Source of the DNA: Eledone cirrhosa
Lineage: Eukaryota
Length of the DNA: 64,000 nucleotides
Assembly (NCBI GenBank): GCA_964016885.1
Contig: OZ024745.1
Coordinates: 43,276,001 to 43,340,000 of the forward strand
Direction of reading: 5' to 3'
Shown: piece by piece, positions 31,941 through 46,414 of the stretch
Position numbering within the stretch: position 1 is the first letter of the stretch
Layout of the letters: each line of letters opens with the position of its first letter
Notes under the pieces: model-generated
What the model was told of the DNA's origin: nothing
What the model saw: the letters and a program-made list of their open reading frames with translations, nothing else
The model's database searches: none
Made by a program: the position numbers and the translations under genes

Positions 31941-34623
31941 TATATAAATTGATCCTAGTATGTATCTGGTAATTATTCTGTTGACTAGTCTAACCCATGC
32001 TAGCGTGGAAGATGGACGTTAAACGATGATGATGATGATGACCCCGGCTGAATTTCATCACATAGAAGGGTGTAACTAAATATTTTAAGGCATTAATTGT
32101 AAACATTAAAAAAAAAATATCAATACAAGTCCATTGCTATATAGAGGAAAAGTATTATTGATAGTATTGGCCTAATCCATAGCTGATGAAAATTAATTGG
32201 ACCCTAGTAGAATAATTATGATCGTTACTGGATTTAGACATGAACTAAACAAGTTATAGTTTAAAGCCTCAAAATTCCACAGGGTTCCCAAAATAATTAA
32301 ACGACATGTTTTCTATTTTGTGAAATCTGATGATGTAATTTTTTAACAAGGGGACCTCTAAGCTTTCTATTGTTTGGGGCTTCATTAGGTCTAAATCCAG
32401 CACTGATTATGATAATCTTACTACTTGTATTTGTATTGCCATTTACCCTGGATGGTTAGAAGCAGCTCCATCCAGTGAATCCACAACATCTCAAATAGAG
32501 GCACCCATGCTCAGTGTTCACAGATATTGACAGGCAGTCACGATTCCAGCGGTAGACACCATATATATGAGGACCAGATATTAGTTTAATATTTGATTCC
32601 ACTATGCTAATTTGTTTTCAGTTGTCTACCTCACTGTTTATACCATCCTGTGAGGGACTCTGGTACAGCTGCAATATGGATAAATTCATTTCATGGGTAA
32701 CAGAGTGTGACCAAACCAACAGAGGAACCTTGTGGGTAGGAGTTGTTCAATGGAATAAATCTGGCAGCAACAACAAATTTGGGGTTTGGCATAAAGTCTC
32801 ATGTGCAAACATAGAGCATTTGGTAAAGAGAAAGGAGGTCAAGAAGTTTTAGTTTCTGTAAAGCTGTCTCATTGGCTATAACATTCAACCATGTAGAATG
32901 ATAGTGTGAATAAGCATTTGTTAGATGGGGATTTTTGTGACCAGATGCCAACAAAATACAGTGCTCACACAGCTGATGGGAACACCTATGTTGTCTTTAA
33001 CTTTACCTGTGGCTATGTAGGTGATCCTGAGTTACTTGAATTGTTAGACCTCTTCCAGAATCTCACCATTGAGTTTGATGTGGACCATTTTAGAAGGCAA
33101 GATACCAACAGATATGTGTCTATTGGTTGCATTGATTTTCATGCCAACATGCAATATATATATATATACACAGAAGCATTCAATGGCTGATTGAAAATTG
33201 ATATAGTTATTGCCAATTATAACCTAAGTGTTAATGACTGGATAACTTGGCAAGTTAGAAATCATTTCTGCCCTAGTCAGTTGTTTACTCTCTATAAATT
33301 TCAAATAAGATTCACATTAGAATATTGGTCACATGTCTGAGATTGAGTTGTTATTTCATATTGGTCAAATGCATCTAAAATAAAGGTTCTTTGACTAATT
33401 AGCAATGATTCACTCACCAACTTTTAGCTTACAGTTATACTATTTTATTTTTCTGTTAGTACAATGATCTCTACATAAGCATACACTTTCCACCCAGTCT
33501 CATCATCTCTATTGTGTATCACCTAAAGCTACATGTTTTTGGAATTACATCCCCATCCATCTTTTAAGTATAGCGTGGAAGATGGACGTTAAACGAAAAT
33601 GATGATGATGATGATTTACATGTGTTTATGTCCTGTAACTTAGCTGTTCAACAAAAAAAACGGAATCATTAAAATAAGTACCAGACTCGAAAAAAAGTAA
33701 ATACTGGATTCTATATGGGCTTATTAATTTCTAATGAAATACTCTGTCATCATCATCATCATCTTCGTTTAACGTCCACTTTCCACGCTAGCATGGGTTA
33801 TTTGAATTAATTAATAAAAAATTTTGAGGGATTTATCAAAATTATTTCGTTATTAAAATGGCATTTGTAACAAAAGGTTTTTGTATCAAATACTACTGAA
33901 GGATTTTAATTTAAATATGAACCCCATAAAATGAATGGTTTTGTTTCATAGAACCATAAACAGTTTTCAGTGGGTTGGTATCAAAAGGGTTAAAAAACTA
34001 CATTAAATGTTGGCTAGCAAATTATCTTCTGTTACCAGTATACAAAAACAATGCAGTCAGAATTTGCAAATTATCTTCTGTCACTAGTATACAAAAACAA
34101 TGCAGTCAGAATTTGCAATTTCTAAAGGTTCATAGCCTCATATGTAGATGATATCACACTGACATCCTCTCATTATTCTCCATACACAGCTTCACAACTA
34201 CTCCAAATCTACATCAACAACTCAGAAATTTTGCTCAAAAACAACATTTAAAGTACACATATCTACTATCTCTCCAAGCTAATTGGGAAGCTTCTGCATC
34301 CTTGCTTGACCTTATAAAAATAGCTAAATCTCACTCAAATCATAGTCTGCTATCTTAAAAAAGGGATGGTCATATTGGATAATGTAGATTTATATATGCT
34401 TCCTGAGAATTAGAAGAGGTGAACATTTGTAGCTCTGCTTAATTAGAATGGCTTGATACTAAATTACAACAACAATAATTGTCTCCCTTACCAATAACAT
34501 CACAGAATATTAACTACTATTAACAGCATAAACATATCACACACGCACGACAAAAATATTAGGAGTTATTTACACTTACAAAACATGATATTTTTTTAAA
34601 TGATTATCTCTTTTTACTTACAG

Positions 34624-34906
34624 GATGGATGCCACGTTAAAGGAACTTACTGGATTAGTGAAAGAAGTGAACTTAGATGCACGCAGAAAGGGGACATACT
34701 TTGACTTTGCCATGGTTTATCCTGACTTGAGGCAACAGGTGTATCGCTTACAAGATATTGGTTCCACACGTTCTGGACACCGCGGTGCAGATGATAATGT
34801 AACATTGGCTAGTAAAAAATTCACAATTGGTGATTATCTGGACATAGCAATAACTCCTCCCCGCTCAGGACCACTTCCCATCTCCCGAAGGGGAAGACCC
34901 TATTAG
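34624..34906 (+). CDS. SAP18: SAP18 exon 3 (histone deacetylase complex / ASAP subunit; 171 aa in total)
   Basis: MDATLKELT...GDYLDIAITPP...RPY*. CAG acceptor at 34621-34623, phase consistent with exon 2. Confidence 0.96.
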
Positions 34907-34988
34907 TTCTGATAAAAAAACATTGTTTAAATGTATATGTTTCTTTTAAAAATTCATTTAATCAGTTCCCATCATCAATTGGTTTCAC

Positions 34989-34994
34989 AATAAA
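34989..34994 (+). promoter_or_regulatory. Putative SAP18 polyadenylation signal AATAAA
   Basis: About 80 nt after the stop codon and followed by a T/GT-rich tract. Confidence 0.55.
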
Positions 34995-36049
34995 GTCACA
35001 AAAGTTATTGTTTTTCATGTTTTTTTTTACACTATTAAATAGTAATATATATAAATGAATTTTAAACGTAATCTCTCCTACATCATTATTTTTACATCTG
35101 CTCTTCCATACTGCTCTATGTTGGGTGGCTTTCTATCACAATATGTAGCACGTTGTTACATATTGTGATCACTTGCCATTTCCTTTGTGTTGATATCAAA
35201 TCGCCTGAAATCATGCAAAATTTATGATACAAAACTAACTGTTGAAAAATGTTTATCCTTTCATCATAATTTTATTTTAGAAATGCTTTTCTTACTCCTT
35301 TAGCATTTACATTACTCTAAACTTACTATTGGTAGCACTTTATCTCACATAATATCGAATCTACGAAATTTTGATATTATTTATTTTGAGAACAGTACCT
35401 TAACAGAAGTATGAGCAGCCGTTTACAGCCAGTTTGAACAGAAAGAGGTGAGAGAATTTTGGCCGGATATGGTCAGTTTAAATCCTAAAGGGTTACATAT
35501 TTTTAATAAGTTATTTTATTAAATTTCTCCAAGTGTTTGGTTATTTTCAAAAATGGACGTTAAACGGTGATGATGATGATGTTCATGCAGACTTTTATTA
35601 TCCATTAGAGAATACATTCTTCTAATTTCTTACCTATTCAAGCACATTCTTTGCTTTCAGTGCCTATTTCTCACCATCCTACAGTATTGCATGTTGTACA
35701 CAAGTGTTATACTATCTATTCTTCACTTGAAGAGAAAAATCATTTATTAAAAGAGACAATAGTTCTCTGAACTTTTTCTACACCTTGCTAATTATAATCT
35801 CATTGTTGATTTTGTTACCTAAGTGGTAACAAAAGCTGTTAACCATTAGTAGACCTTCAGATCTGTTGGAAGATTGCTCTTACTACTATCAACTTCTGTG
35901 CATCTATTACATCTGTTGTTCATCACTGCACCATTTGTGCACCATTATTTTACACAAATACTCAGTATCAAGTCTTTTTTTTGTAGCTTTCCTTTCAAAC
36001 TAAAACTTTTTGTCTTTGTTAGGTTGATTCCAAGCCTTGCATTCATGTT

Positions 36050-36560
36050 TATAATTTTTCCCTCTAATGAGAACTAAATTGTTGGCATACAAGACTTCTC
36101 TTGAACAGCCGATCTTGAACTTTTCTTTTAAAGCCTGAATAACAATAAGAAACATGTCGACAGAGAAGTAAATTCTTGACTGAACTTATTGCTTTGGTGA
36201 CAGCACCTCTCTACATGGCTTGCATGCTCTCACATGCCATTTATCTATTTATTGTTTTCATAACAATCACCAGACTATAAAATATGGTACCCTGTCAGAG
36301 GCCTTCACCTGGTCAATGAATGCTAGGTATAAAGGTCTGCTCTTGGCTAAGAACATCTGTAGTTATCTCACTTAAAAAGGACCTCCAGTGGTTTCCTCAT
36401 CCTGGCACAAATTCAAACTGTATCTCTCAGCTAGTTCTCACTCTGATGAGCTATGTTATAAATACCTGTTACTTTAATGACTTGAGCCATTAAATTGTTG
36501 CCACTGTAATTGCTCTTTTTTGAAGCATTTCCTTTGTCTAATTATTTGAGATGTCATCTT
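36050..36560 (-). mobile_element. Highly degenerate RTE-like RT remnant
   Basis: Minus strand gives NYSG..L, QFEFVPG and YLAFIDQVKA..RVP, similar to RT motifs. Confidence 0.5.
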
Positions 36561-37589
36561 ACTGCATTACTTGATTGACTATATAACTAGTGTGTGCCTT
36601 ACTTTGCCAGGTACTTTCAGTGTTTTGATGAAATCTCTGATGATCTTGTTGCTTTCATAACTAGCTCTTTCAACTATATAGTAAACCTTCATAGCTGGTC
36701 CTCAACTTATGTCATCCTGAGGCAGCCCTTCTCTGTCCCACACATTAATTTTCCTTGTTTAGCAACTATTCACACACTGTCATTACACATACAAACTATT
36801 TTCACTGATTATGTCCAGATTCACACTCACTACTTTACAATTTGGAACACTTCATACATCTGTCATGAACAGACTTCTAACTTTCATCTGTAGTTGTTAG
36901 CTATACCTGGTATTTAGCTTCTCTTCTAGCTACTTCATACTCTACCTTGCTCCCCCATTTCTTCTATATTTTCAAGCTTGATTGGACAACATTCTTTCTC
37001 TGAACCACATGCAATGTATTCTTTTTTTAAGATGGTAAGGTGTAATGTAAAAATAGATTTGACTACTATTTCTAGTAGGCTGGCTGACTATGTAGGGGAT
37101 AACTTATTGACTTTATCCACATAGTGTTGAGGTTTAGTTGCTGTTCAACTTTGATCAAACAAACTTATGATCAAATTTTATCCAGCTTTTTTTATCAGAC
37201 AGTGTTCCTTGGATTTTGTTGTAGTAAACACCTGCCACAAAAGATGTCATTCAACCCATATTGATAGTGTATCTTGAATTATATTAATCAATGTGTCCTT
37301 CCTTTTTTAATGATGCTAATGTGTTATTTGAAAGAGATTTGGCTCTTATTTCATGCAGATTGGCAGACCATGTAGAGAGTCTTTGTTTCTATAATGTAAT
37401 ACATTATTCTACATATTGGTGTAATCCTCAAATGTCAATGTTAGTTGTAGGAAGACAATTCAACTGTTAAATATATATGCTTCAAGCATTCATGTAATTA
37501 TCCAATTTTACAGAACAAGGTGCAGTGACTAACATTGATGTGCTTTATATATATGGTCATATATTTGAACCCAACAACAGTAAAACTTA

Positions 37590-37985
37590 TAACTTTGCTT
37601 GCTGATGGTGAGTAGGGAGGTGGTCCTAGAGCCAAGGACACGAGAAGTCTCCACTGCAACAGGCTTGACCATAAACCTGTCAGAAAGCCCAAAGTACAGC
37701 AGAGCCTGAATTAGTTACAGATTGCACAGGTTGCTGCTGCATGTGGAACAGGAAGATGGTTATGCCATCTGTCCTCTTGGTTCAGCCCTGCTGGCTTGAG
37801 CTGGGAGGGCAAGCCTGCAGCATCCAAGTTATGCTTTATGATCTTGTTGAGAGCAGCATGGCGTGGAAGGTGGCTGGCACTGTAGCAGCGGGTGGAGGCC
37901 GAAAGAGTCTACAGTGGATCTGCAATGACATTTGTGTGACTCGCAGATCTGGAGGCTGAGCTACTGTTATCCAGCTGCGTGACAG
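37590..37985 (-). mobile_element. CRE-like RLE fragment (third copy)
   Basis: Minus strand reads VDSFGLHP...RHAALNKIIKHNLDAAGLPSQLKPAGL...DGITIF, homologous to 15335-15520. Confidence 0.75.
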
Positions 37986-38297
37986 TTGAAAAGGAGGATA
38001 AGGCATTGAAAAAGTATTCCATGACAACATAAAAAACAAAAATGTAAAAACAAAACAACAAAAAAACTTTTTTTTTTTTCTAATGCGTTTTATTTCATTT
38101 AAACCAAATTTTACATACTTTCTGTTCTGATAGTATACTATTGTTTTCTCAGTTCTATTTCTAAATAGTTGTAGTGATGGAGAAATTGATATAAATAAAT
38201 AGCTTATAAGAACTGTTAAATTCATGCAAGTGGATGTTAGAAGTAGGTAGAACAGCTTTAATATTTAACAAAACTTGGAGTATGGAGGGAGTTTGTA

Positions 38298-38475
38298 GGC
38301 AGTATCGGTGGAGGGTTGGATTATGCTTTCCAGCATAGGTACGTCCCTTTATGATCAGTTCAATTCACGCCGAGGTTAACTTTGCCTTTCATCCTTACGG
38401 GGTCGATAAAATAAAGCACCAGTAATGTACTGGGATAATTGCTGGCCTTGTGCCAAAAAGTAGAAACAATTATTA
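38298..38475 (+). mobile_element. tRNA-derived SINE
   Basis: Matches the SINE consensus. Confidence 0.85.
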
Positions 38476-39106
38476 TTATGACAATAATAACTTTTTGTTT
38501 TCGTTTTAATAATTGTGGCAATGTTTAGAAAATTCAGAAGTGGCTGTCCATGAAAGGTTTACAATCCAATAGTATAGTTCTACATCACAGTTTAGCATTG
38601 CTACAACTTAGGTTATTATATGAAGTATCTCTTGTAAACCCCCAAACCTAGTTCTTAGCTTGCTTTCTTGATGTGAAACACATAAGAGAGAAGTCTTTCT
38701 CTGGATATCATATTGGATTATCTTAGTATCTTAGAAGAGAATATGGTACCTATTCATGGGAACTATGGTAACTGGTGGTCCAGTACCATACATAAGCATA
38801 TTGCTCCTATCATTTTTGGGGGTGCAGATGTTTATAATTTTCCGACAAAAATTTGTTTTGGGGTACAGCTGCACCCCCAGCAGTACATCACTGATACCAT
38901 ATATTCTCAGTTGTTTAGCTTTTATATAAACTACAATGCATTAGAATCTCCAAACAACATATTGTACACATTGTCTGCTGCAGATAAACTCTGGTTATAT
39001 TCTTTTATCTCTACAATTTAAAATCATAAACATACACTATCGTTTAAACCTAATGATACTAAACTGCTTGAAACCACCCTTGATTTATGATGCACAACTG
39101 CTTGTT

Positions 39107-39330
39107 TTAACCCTTTAGCATTCACATTATATATACTATTGTATTTTCGCAGTAAAGGCTTTATCTCACATAATTATTCACATTGAATCTATGAGATTTT
39201 GATGATGTTATTATTTACTTTAAAAACAAGACCTTAATATCAGTATGACTGGCTAATTATAGCCAGTTTGAACAGAACGAGGTGAGAGAATTCTGGTCCG
39301 ATATGGTGGGTTTAAATGCTAAAGGGTTAA
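39107..39330. mobile_element. piggyBac-type MITE (TTAA TSD, CCCTTTAGCATT TIR)
   Basis: TTAACCCTTTAGCATT...AATGCTAAAGGGTTAA. Relatives at about 35297-35495, 43205-43423 and 47341-47569. Confidence 0.8.
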
Positions 39331-40170
39331 AGTGTTTATATTTATATTAAATCCTTCCATCATAATTTTATTTAAGACATTTTAAAGCAATGTTTTAAAT
39401 GTTAGCTCATTAATGTAAGAGTTATTTAATTAAATTCCTCAAAATATTTGATTATTTTCAAAATTGATTGAAACACATAGGCACTGTATTTCATTAGAAA
39501 TATAGTAACTAATGGGTTAAATGACACAGCATTTAGGATTAAATATATGTCTTGTACAAAATCAACTAATTTGTTCTGTGGTGTATTGCATAATTTTCAT
39601 TGTATGCTTTAATGTCATATCTATAGCACCAGATGATAATTGCAGCTATTCCCACCGATCTTTCCATTTTAATCAAGGAACTTGTGCTGAAGTTAAATGA
39701 AATTCAGCAGCATGGACATTTTAACACTTGCTGTCAAATTTAGATTCACTGTTTTTCAAAACAGTTTTAGAGAATAACTAAATCTATGTTCTTATAGAGA
39801 AATAACCTGTTGGCTAATGAGACAATTAGAGAGATAATTACAATTATATATATAATTTCAAATAGCTTCAACCACTGGAGGCCATCTTTATTTATTTTTA
39901 TAACTTGCTGAATGAGTTGGGGTGCAGAAGCCAACGAAACTTAAGTACCTGTATATGTCACTGTTGTAACTATATATATGTGTGTGTGTGAGACTTAGGC
40001 AGTGCTAGGAGAAATTGAAATGTAGGTAATAGGATGGAACAGTGACGTAGACTGAAAGAGAAATGTTAAGAGAATGGCAGGAAATTGGGAATTGTAGGCT
40101 TGCTTGCCATCCTGGATGACAACAAACTCTGCTCTTCACAGTTGAGTAGTTAGTAGCAAAAGGACATCCA

Positions 40171-40206
<36 letters not shown>

Positions 40207-41630
40207 ACTCCAACAATATGAAAATATTGCAAAACTATTCTACTTATACTAATGTAGAGTGAATAAAAATATATCACTTGTATGTGGTAAACCCAGAAAA
40301 TGTAGACATATGATGAGAATGGACATTGAAATGGCATAAGCTGATTGTAGGGTATATCTAAAAGGAAAAGAAGCTAAGAAATTTTGAGAATAATGTAGTG
40401 AAGATAAATTTTGTTCTTTAAAGATGTGATTTTTCTTAGCAATAATGAAAAGAAGGAAATAGAAAATTCATCAAATTGTTTTTCAAAGTATATTTTTTGA
40501 AACAACAATTTAACCCTTTTGATACCAAACCACCTGAAGCTGCCCTTTGTTTTATGATAATAAGCTGTTTATTTTAAAGTGTTTATGTTTATCTAAAAAT
40601 CTTCCATCATAATTTTATGTAAGAACCTTTCTTAAGTTATGTTCCAAACAACAGCTTTTAAATGAGAAAGTTATTTTACTAAACTCCTCAAAATTCTTGA
40701 TTATTTTCAAAATGATTTGAAAATCATTGTCAGTATCTTTCACTAGAAACAAGGCAGGTCTCGGTCAGAAGTTTATTTTCATTTCATCAATTATTTAACC
40801 TTTTTGTGATCGTATTTCTAATGAAATATGCTCAATTAATTCATGAAGAATTTTGAGGGATTTACTAAAATGATTAATTATTTCATTACTAAGAAAGCAA
40901 CTTAGCATATAGTTCTTACATAAAAATATTGTTTAAAGATTTTAATTTCAATAGGAACCCTTTAAAATGGATGGTTTTGTTTCATAGAACCAAAGACAGT
41001 TTTTGGCAAGTTGGTATCAAAAGGATTAAATTTTGTTTTATATTTCAATGAGATTATGAAACTCAACATATTTTGGAAACACTTTAAAAGTTTTCTTCCT
41101 GGACATTTATTTGCGTCACACAAAGCTACAAAATTACCATTATTTGACACAGTAATCTTATCACTGTGAAAGTGACTTTATGTTTACTGTCAGATGTTTT
41201 CCCACAATTAATTTATCAAGCCCTTCCTTTCCAATTAGAAGGTTATTGGTTAAAATGTGATTTTATATAAGACTTGACATTTACATTTTTTCACTTCAGA
41301 CCAGTCCTTATGGCTGCAATCTTACAAGCAAGTATAACATTTTAAGACTGAACTGATATCGAGCAATTTAAAATTTTGGAAGCCGATTAACTTTTAATAT
41401 TTTCCTTAAAATTAATTTTTCTTCTTTCTTATTAAAAAGACATTAATATATTTTAGATAAGATTAAATGATACATTACCAATATTTTATTACAAATATAA
41501 CATTATTTTTCAAACAATAAAGAAAAAGAAAAAGGAACAAAATAAAACAACACCTTTTTAACAGAATACAAATTTACAGAAAAAATGATCTTTAATGTGT
41601 AGAAATATGCTTCATTAAGTGTAGCTAGCT

Positions 41631-41807
41631 TTAAATCATTAATATAAGGAAACTGAGAAGACCTAAACAAATTTCAATGGTCAAATTTGAACATCCAGCT
41701 GTTGTAGTCACCTCAGTGTGTGGAGTTGTTAATGTTGCATTAAGTTTCCTTGTCACTTGAAGTGTCATTTCTATTGGGTAATGGTCAGTAACCTTATTAA
41801 TCAGGTT
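41631..41807 (-). CDS. DNase I-like gene, last exon (NLINKVTDHYPIEM...CLGLLSFLILMI*)
   Basis: DHYP catalytic motif, TTTTTTCCAG acceptor, Thr-rich spacer and hydrophobic C-terminus. Confidence 0.88.
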   Translation of the reverse strand, partial: NLINKVTDHYPIEMTLQVTRKLNATLTTPHTEVTTTAGCSNLTIEICLGLLSFLILMI

Positions 41808-42099
41808 CTGGAAAAAAATAAGAATTTGAAAAATGTAATACAAAACATAAAAAAAAATGATTGATTATGCTGGTATGGATATGTGATGTGTAAGGAGAAT
41901 GAGAATTATATGAAAAAGTGCTAAGTGTTTAAAGTAGATGGAACCTGTGGAAGACATGGGATGAAGTTGTTTAGAATGACCATAATAACTGAACTTCACA
42001 AAGGATTTTACTCAGGATCAAACTGATTGGCAATATGCCATAATACAAAAGACCCATCCACCAGTACAAGCACAGTAAAAGTAAACGTGGTGAGAGCCT

Positions 42100-42210
42100 G
42101 AAGGATGAAAGGCAAAGTTAACCTTGGCGGCATTTGAACTCAGACCATAAAGGGGCGTAACTCTATGCTACAGAGCATGGCGTCCGACCCTCTACTGATA
42201 CTGCCAATCA
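42100..42210 (-). mobile_element. SINE 5' half
   Basis: Reverse complement of the SINE head. Confidence 0.8.
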
Positions 42211-42624
42211 ACCGAAATGCCAACCAATTCACCATGTCTAGTCAGCCACTCTCCAGCTATCTATTTAAAGCTGTAGTTATCTATGGTGCATCCACACTTA
42301 GAATTTGCATCACCAGTCTCGAACCCCTATCTTTGATTTTGAATTGGTTCACAGTATTCCTGCACATTGTAAGAGCCAACTAAAAGGGTTAGTGATAGGA
42401 AGGGCACCAGGCCAGGAAAGTAATGCAGCAGGGAGGAGCCTACTGCATCAGCCATTCCACCCCATTGAGTACTGCTTATATGTGTGCTTTACTATATCTT
42501 GTTGTTCTTTTTACTTTTCTAAATAGATTTCATGGAATCAAATTATTTATTAACTTATTTCTACAAAGGAGTCTTGATTCTAATGAGGGAAAAAAAATCA
42601 ATATTTTATCAAATAAAAACTTAC

Positions 42625-42715
42625 TTTTGTTAGGGGTTTATATTCTTTATCAAAATGAAAGACAGAACCAGCATCTTGAACTACCTGTTTCAATTTGTCA
42701 CCAGTTATAATTGCT
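42625..42715 (-). CDS. DNase I-like exon (AIITGDKLKQVVQDAGSVFHFDKEYKPLTK)
   Basis: TTACAG acceptor, GTAAGT donor, phases match both neighbours. Resembles the DNase I RIVV.G..L...VF.F...Y segment. Confidence 0.85.
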
Positions 42716-42779
42716 CTGTAATAGAATACAAACATAAAAATTTATAGTTTATACTTATAGATTTGTTTAAGATATATAA

Positions 42780-42968
42780 TAATTGTTTCTACATTAGGCA
42801 CAAGGCCAGCAATTACCCAGTGCATTACTGGTACTTTATTTTATCGACCCCGTAAGGATGAAAGGCAAAGTTAACCATGGCGGGATTTGAACTCAGAATG
42901 GCAAGGGCCGTAACTCTATACGTCAAAGCATGGCATCCGACCCTCTACCAATACTGCCAATCCAACCT
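42780..42968 (-). mobile_element. tRNA-derived SINE with TSD TTAAGATATATAATAAT
   Basis: Full reverse-complement consensus. Direct repeats at about 42767 and 42969. Confidence 0.9.
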
Positions 42969-45650
42969 TTAAGATATATAATAATGATATATATATATAT
43001 TTTTACTTTCGAGCACTGAATATATGATCCGAGGAAGATTTTTGAGGAAGCATTATTGCCATGGCTTTCCTGTTTTTTTTTTAAGAGTACATTATCTATT
43101 AAGACAGTTAAGCATGATATGAAAGACATTTATAAGTGATTTCTAGCAGCTCAAGCATCCAAGTAGAGTCTGCTTTGTTGACTCAATAGAGTAAGAGTTT
43201 CTTTAACTTTTTTATAGCATTTAAACCAGCCATATCTGGCCAGAATTTCCTCACCTCTTTCTGTTCAAACCGGCCATAACTGGCCACTCATACTTATGTT
43301 AAGGTATTGTTCTCAAAATAAATATCATCAAAATCTCGTAGATTTGATATTATGTAAGATAAATATGTAAGAGAAAGCCTTTACCACAAATATACAATAG
43401 TATATATAGAGTTATAAGGGTTAACTGAGTAGAAATGTGTGTGTGTATTGAGTTAAAGAAAAGAAGTAACTACTACACGAAGTGTGGGGTAGAGTGCATG
43501 AATAATGTGACAGGTCCCCCAGCTTGGGGTTGACATAGGACATAGTTTCAGCTCCACTAGTTGTGAGATATTTTTCATTAGATTAGGGAAACAGCTATAC
43601 TAACTTGGGATAAGAATTATAGGATATGATATGTGTTACACTTATAGGGGGTGTTGTGAAATAAAGAGAAAAGCATAAACATCATTTGTGTGGTCTACAT
43701 ACATACATGCATATATATATATATATATATACACATGTGTGTGTGTGCACATATGTTTATGTGCATGCATTTGTGTCAATGTTTTTGTATGATACATATG
43801 CTTATGTATTTATTTGTATGTGATGTTGTGTAAGAGTTTGTATTTGTGAGTGGAGTGCATGCTACACACATCCAGACAATAGTTTTGACATTAAGAATAT
43901 ACAATCTTATCAGCCCTATTTTCAACAAGTGTGTTATACCCATGAAAATAACAGTGCCTTTACACAATTATCTTTGTTGTGTCATCTATCACAGTTAAGT
44001 AGAATGTTCAACACCATCATGTACATATTTTAATGGTTTAGTCAGAAGAGAAAGGGGAGTGCCTATGATTCTTTCCAGGGACTTTGAAAATAGGGTGGAG
44101 AAGGGTGATAGTTATCATTAGACTTGAGGTATGAATGCTTGCAACAAGGTGGTGTCAAACTGGGTGACAGATTAAGTTTAACACCCAAGACAAATTTCTG
44201 CACAGTTTCTCTTTATGTATGTGTTGGTGAGCACATATATATATATATATATATATATATAGTAATAATCTGTTATTTTAATAATATATATATATATGCT
44301 CACATTGGTTGTCTCCTTGAAATATATATATATATCTTTTTTTTTTTTTTACAGTGTATGGTTTTACTAATAACTAGCTGGGTTTGTGATCCAGTCGTTC
44401 TGATCAGCAGACCATGATGTAATAAACAAAAAGCACTCAACATCATGTTTATCTTCCATCATAGACGTGGTATCTCATGGGTGGTACAGGAACGAAATTA
44501 TTATAATTAGTGTTGTTATCAATATTGGTATTATCATTATTCCATTTCTGCATCTTTCACAACATATGTCTGTATATAGACAGAATTTCTGTCTATATAC
44601 AGGTAGAGGTAATGCATGGGTGTACATATAATCTATGCATGGTGACTCTACTCTCTCACTAGCTCTTGGTGTCCAGCATACAATCCATCATAAATCGATT
44701 TCTTGGCTGTTTTCTTAGTAAACTACTCGGATGTGGAGAAACAATTCCCCCCTTCTTTGAGTGCTTGGAGTAACCTAGACTGATTGCTTAGGTATATTTC
44801 CTCTATTTTCATATTGAATCTACTCAGATGCATGGAATCATTTCCCAGATATAGGAGGTGTGAAAGCCCTGAGTTGGTCAAGCTTATGCCTTAATATAGG
44901 CCCATACATGTTTATATGTGAATTACTTTCTATAATTATTTACTATCATGATTCTTGTTATTACTGTTTATCCTCCAAATTTCTATAGCAATGTATCCCT
45001 TTAAAGTCTTATTATTATTTCACTTGGATTCACCATCACGCAATGTTGGTTTTGGCTAAGAACCTGAGTGGCTATCACCACAGCATGAATGGCGCCAGCC
45101 AATAAAATTAGTAAAATAACTAACTTTCTCATTCTTAGGCTAGTGTTTGGAACATAGATTAACAAAGAATTTTTTACATAGAATTATGACAGAATGTTTT
45201 TACTTTTGTTTTAGATAAATATAAACACTTTAAATCAAACAGATTCGTATAACAGTTTTCAGCCGTTTGGTATCAAAAGAGCTATTAAAGTTTATAATAA
45301 AAGAGCATTAGTCAGGAATTATATAATTACCATTAGTGACATGGGTAATTATGGTTTGAAAAGAAAGAGTATTGACGATTTAGTTAGGAGATTGGGAGGA
45401 AGAAAGCTCAACAGAGGAGAGGTTGGGAAAAATCAATTAGCCCTTTTGATACCAACCCACTCAAAACAGCCTATGGTTCTATGAAACAAAACGATCCCAT
45501 TTTAAAGCATTTAAAAAAAAAATCAAAACCTTCCAACATAATTTTACTTTTGTTAAGTTATGTTACAAAACTTTAGTAAATCTCTCCATATTCTTCAATA
45601 ACAGTGTATTTCATTAGGAATATGGTAACAAAAGGATTAATCATACTTAC

Positions 45651-45912
45651 TGGTCATAAGTACAGTTCTTGCCCTGAATAGTTGTATCATCAGAGATCAG
45701 CCACTTGTAATTCTCATCCTTAGTCAGTTGTAGATTTTTTTTACATTGAGCATTGCAATATTGACAATCGGTGTTCAGTGTACCCATGATAATAAAATTT
45801 TTCTGACTAACTTTCTTTTCCAAATCACTTATTACTTCAACAAGTGCATTCATTTCTCTCTTTACTTTGTCTGAATCCACATGAATCCCAATGATTGTGA
45901 CTTCAGTTACTT
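45651..45912 (-). CDS. DNase I-like exon (VTEVTIIGIHVD...FIIMGTLNTDCQYC...KWLISDDTT...CTYDQ)
   Basis: H134-, N170-, C173/C209- and D212-equivalent residues are present. Canonical splice sites. Confidence 0.9.
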
Positions 45913-46044
45913 CTGTAAAACAGGAAGAAAATGATAACTTAAAGAGTGTGTATGGGTGGGGTAAAGAGAGAGAGAGAGACTAAAGTTTTTGTTGGTACAA
46001 ACGATGACAGGACTCTGCTGACCCCAGGGAAAGGGTTGCATTTG

Positions 46045-46075
<31 letters not shown>

Positions 46076-46414
46076 TATATATATATATAGTATTCATTAA
46101 GACATCTCTCTAGGAAAAGGTCACTCTGATTTAAAACCTATGACTTCATTTGCATTCAATGATGTAGACTAGTTCTACATTTTTTGGTAAATCAATTTGA
46201 TGTTCAGTGAGTGTGGTTGGCCTTGTGCAAAGCCTTTCCTCACTTAAAAAGCTTCAAGCACAGCCATCACTTGATATGTGATATTTTTTGTGATGCATGA
46301 CATGGGTGGCCATAGGTAAGTCCCTAGCAGGACTAAAAAGCTTGAGCATCAAGCGATGGCATTACTCAAAATTGAGTTGCAACCATTATATATATATATA
46401 TATATATATATATT

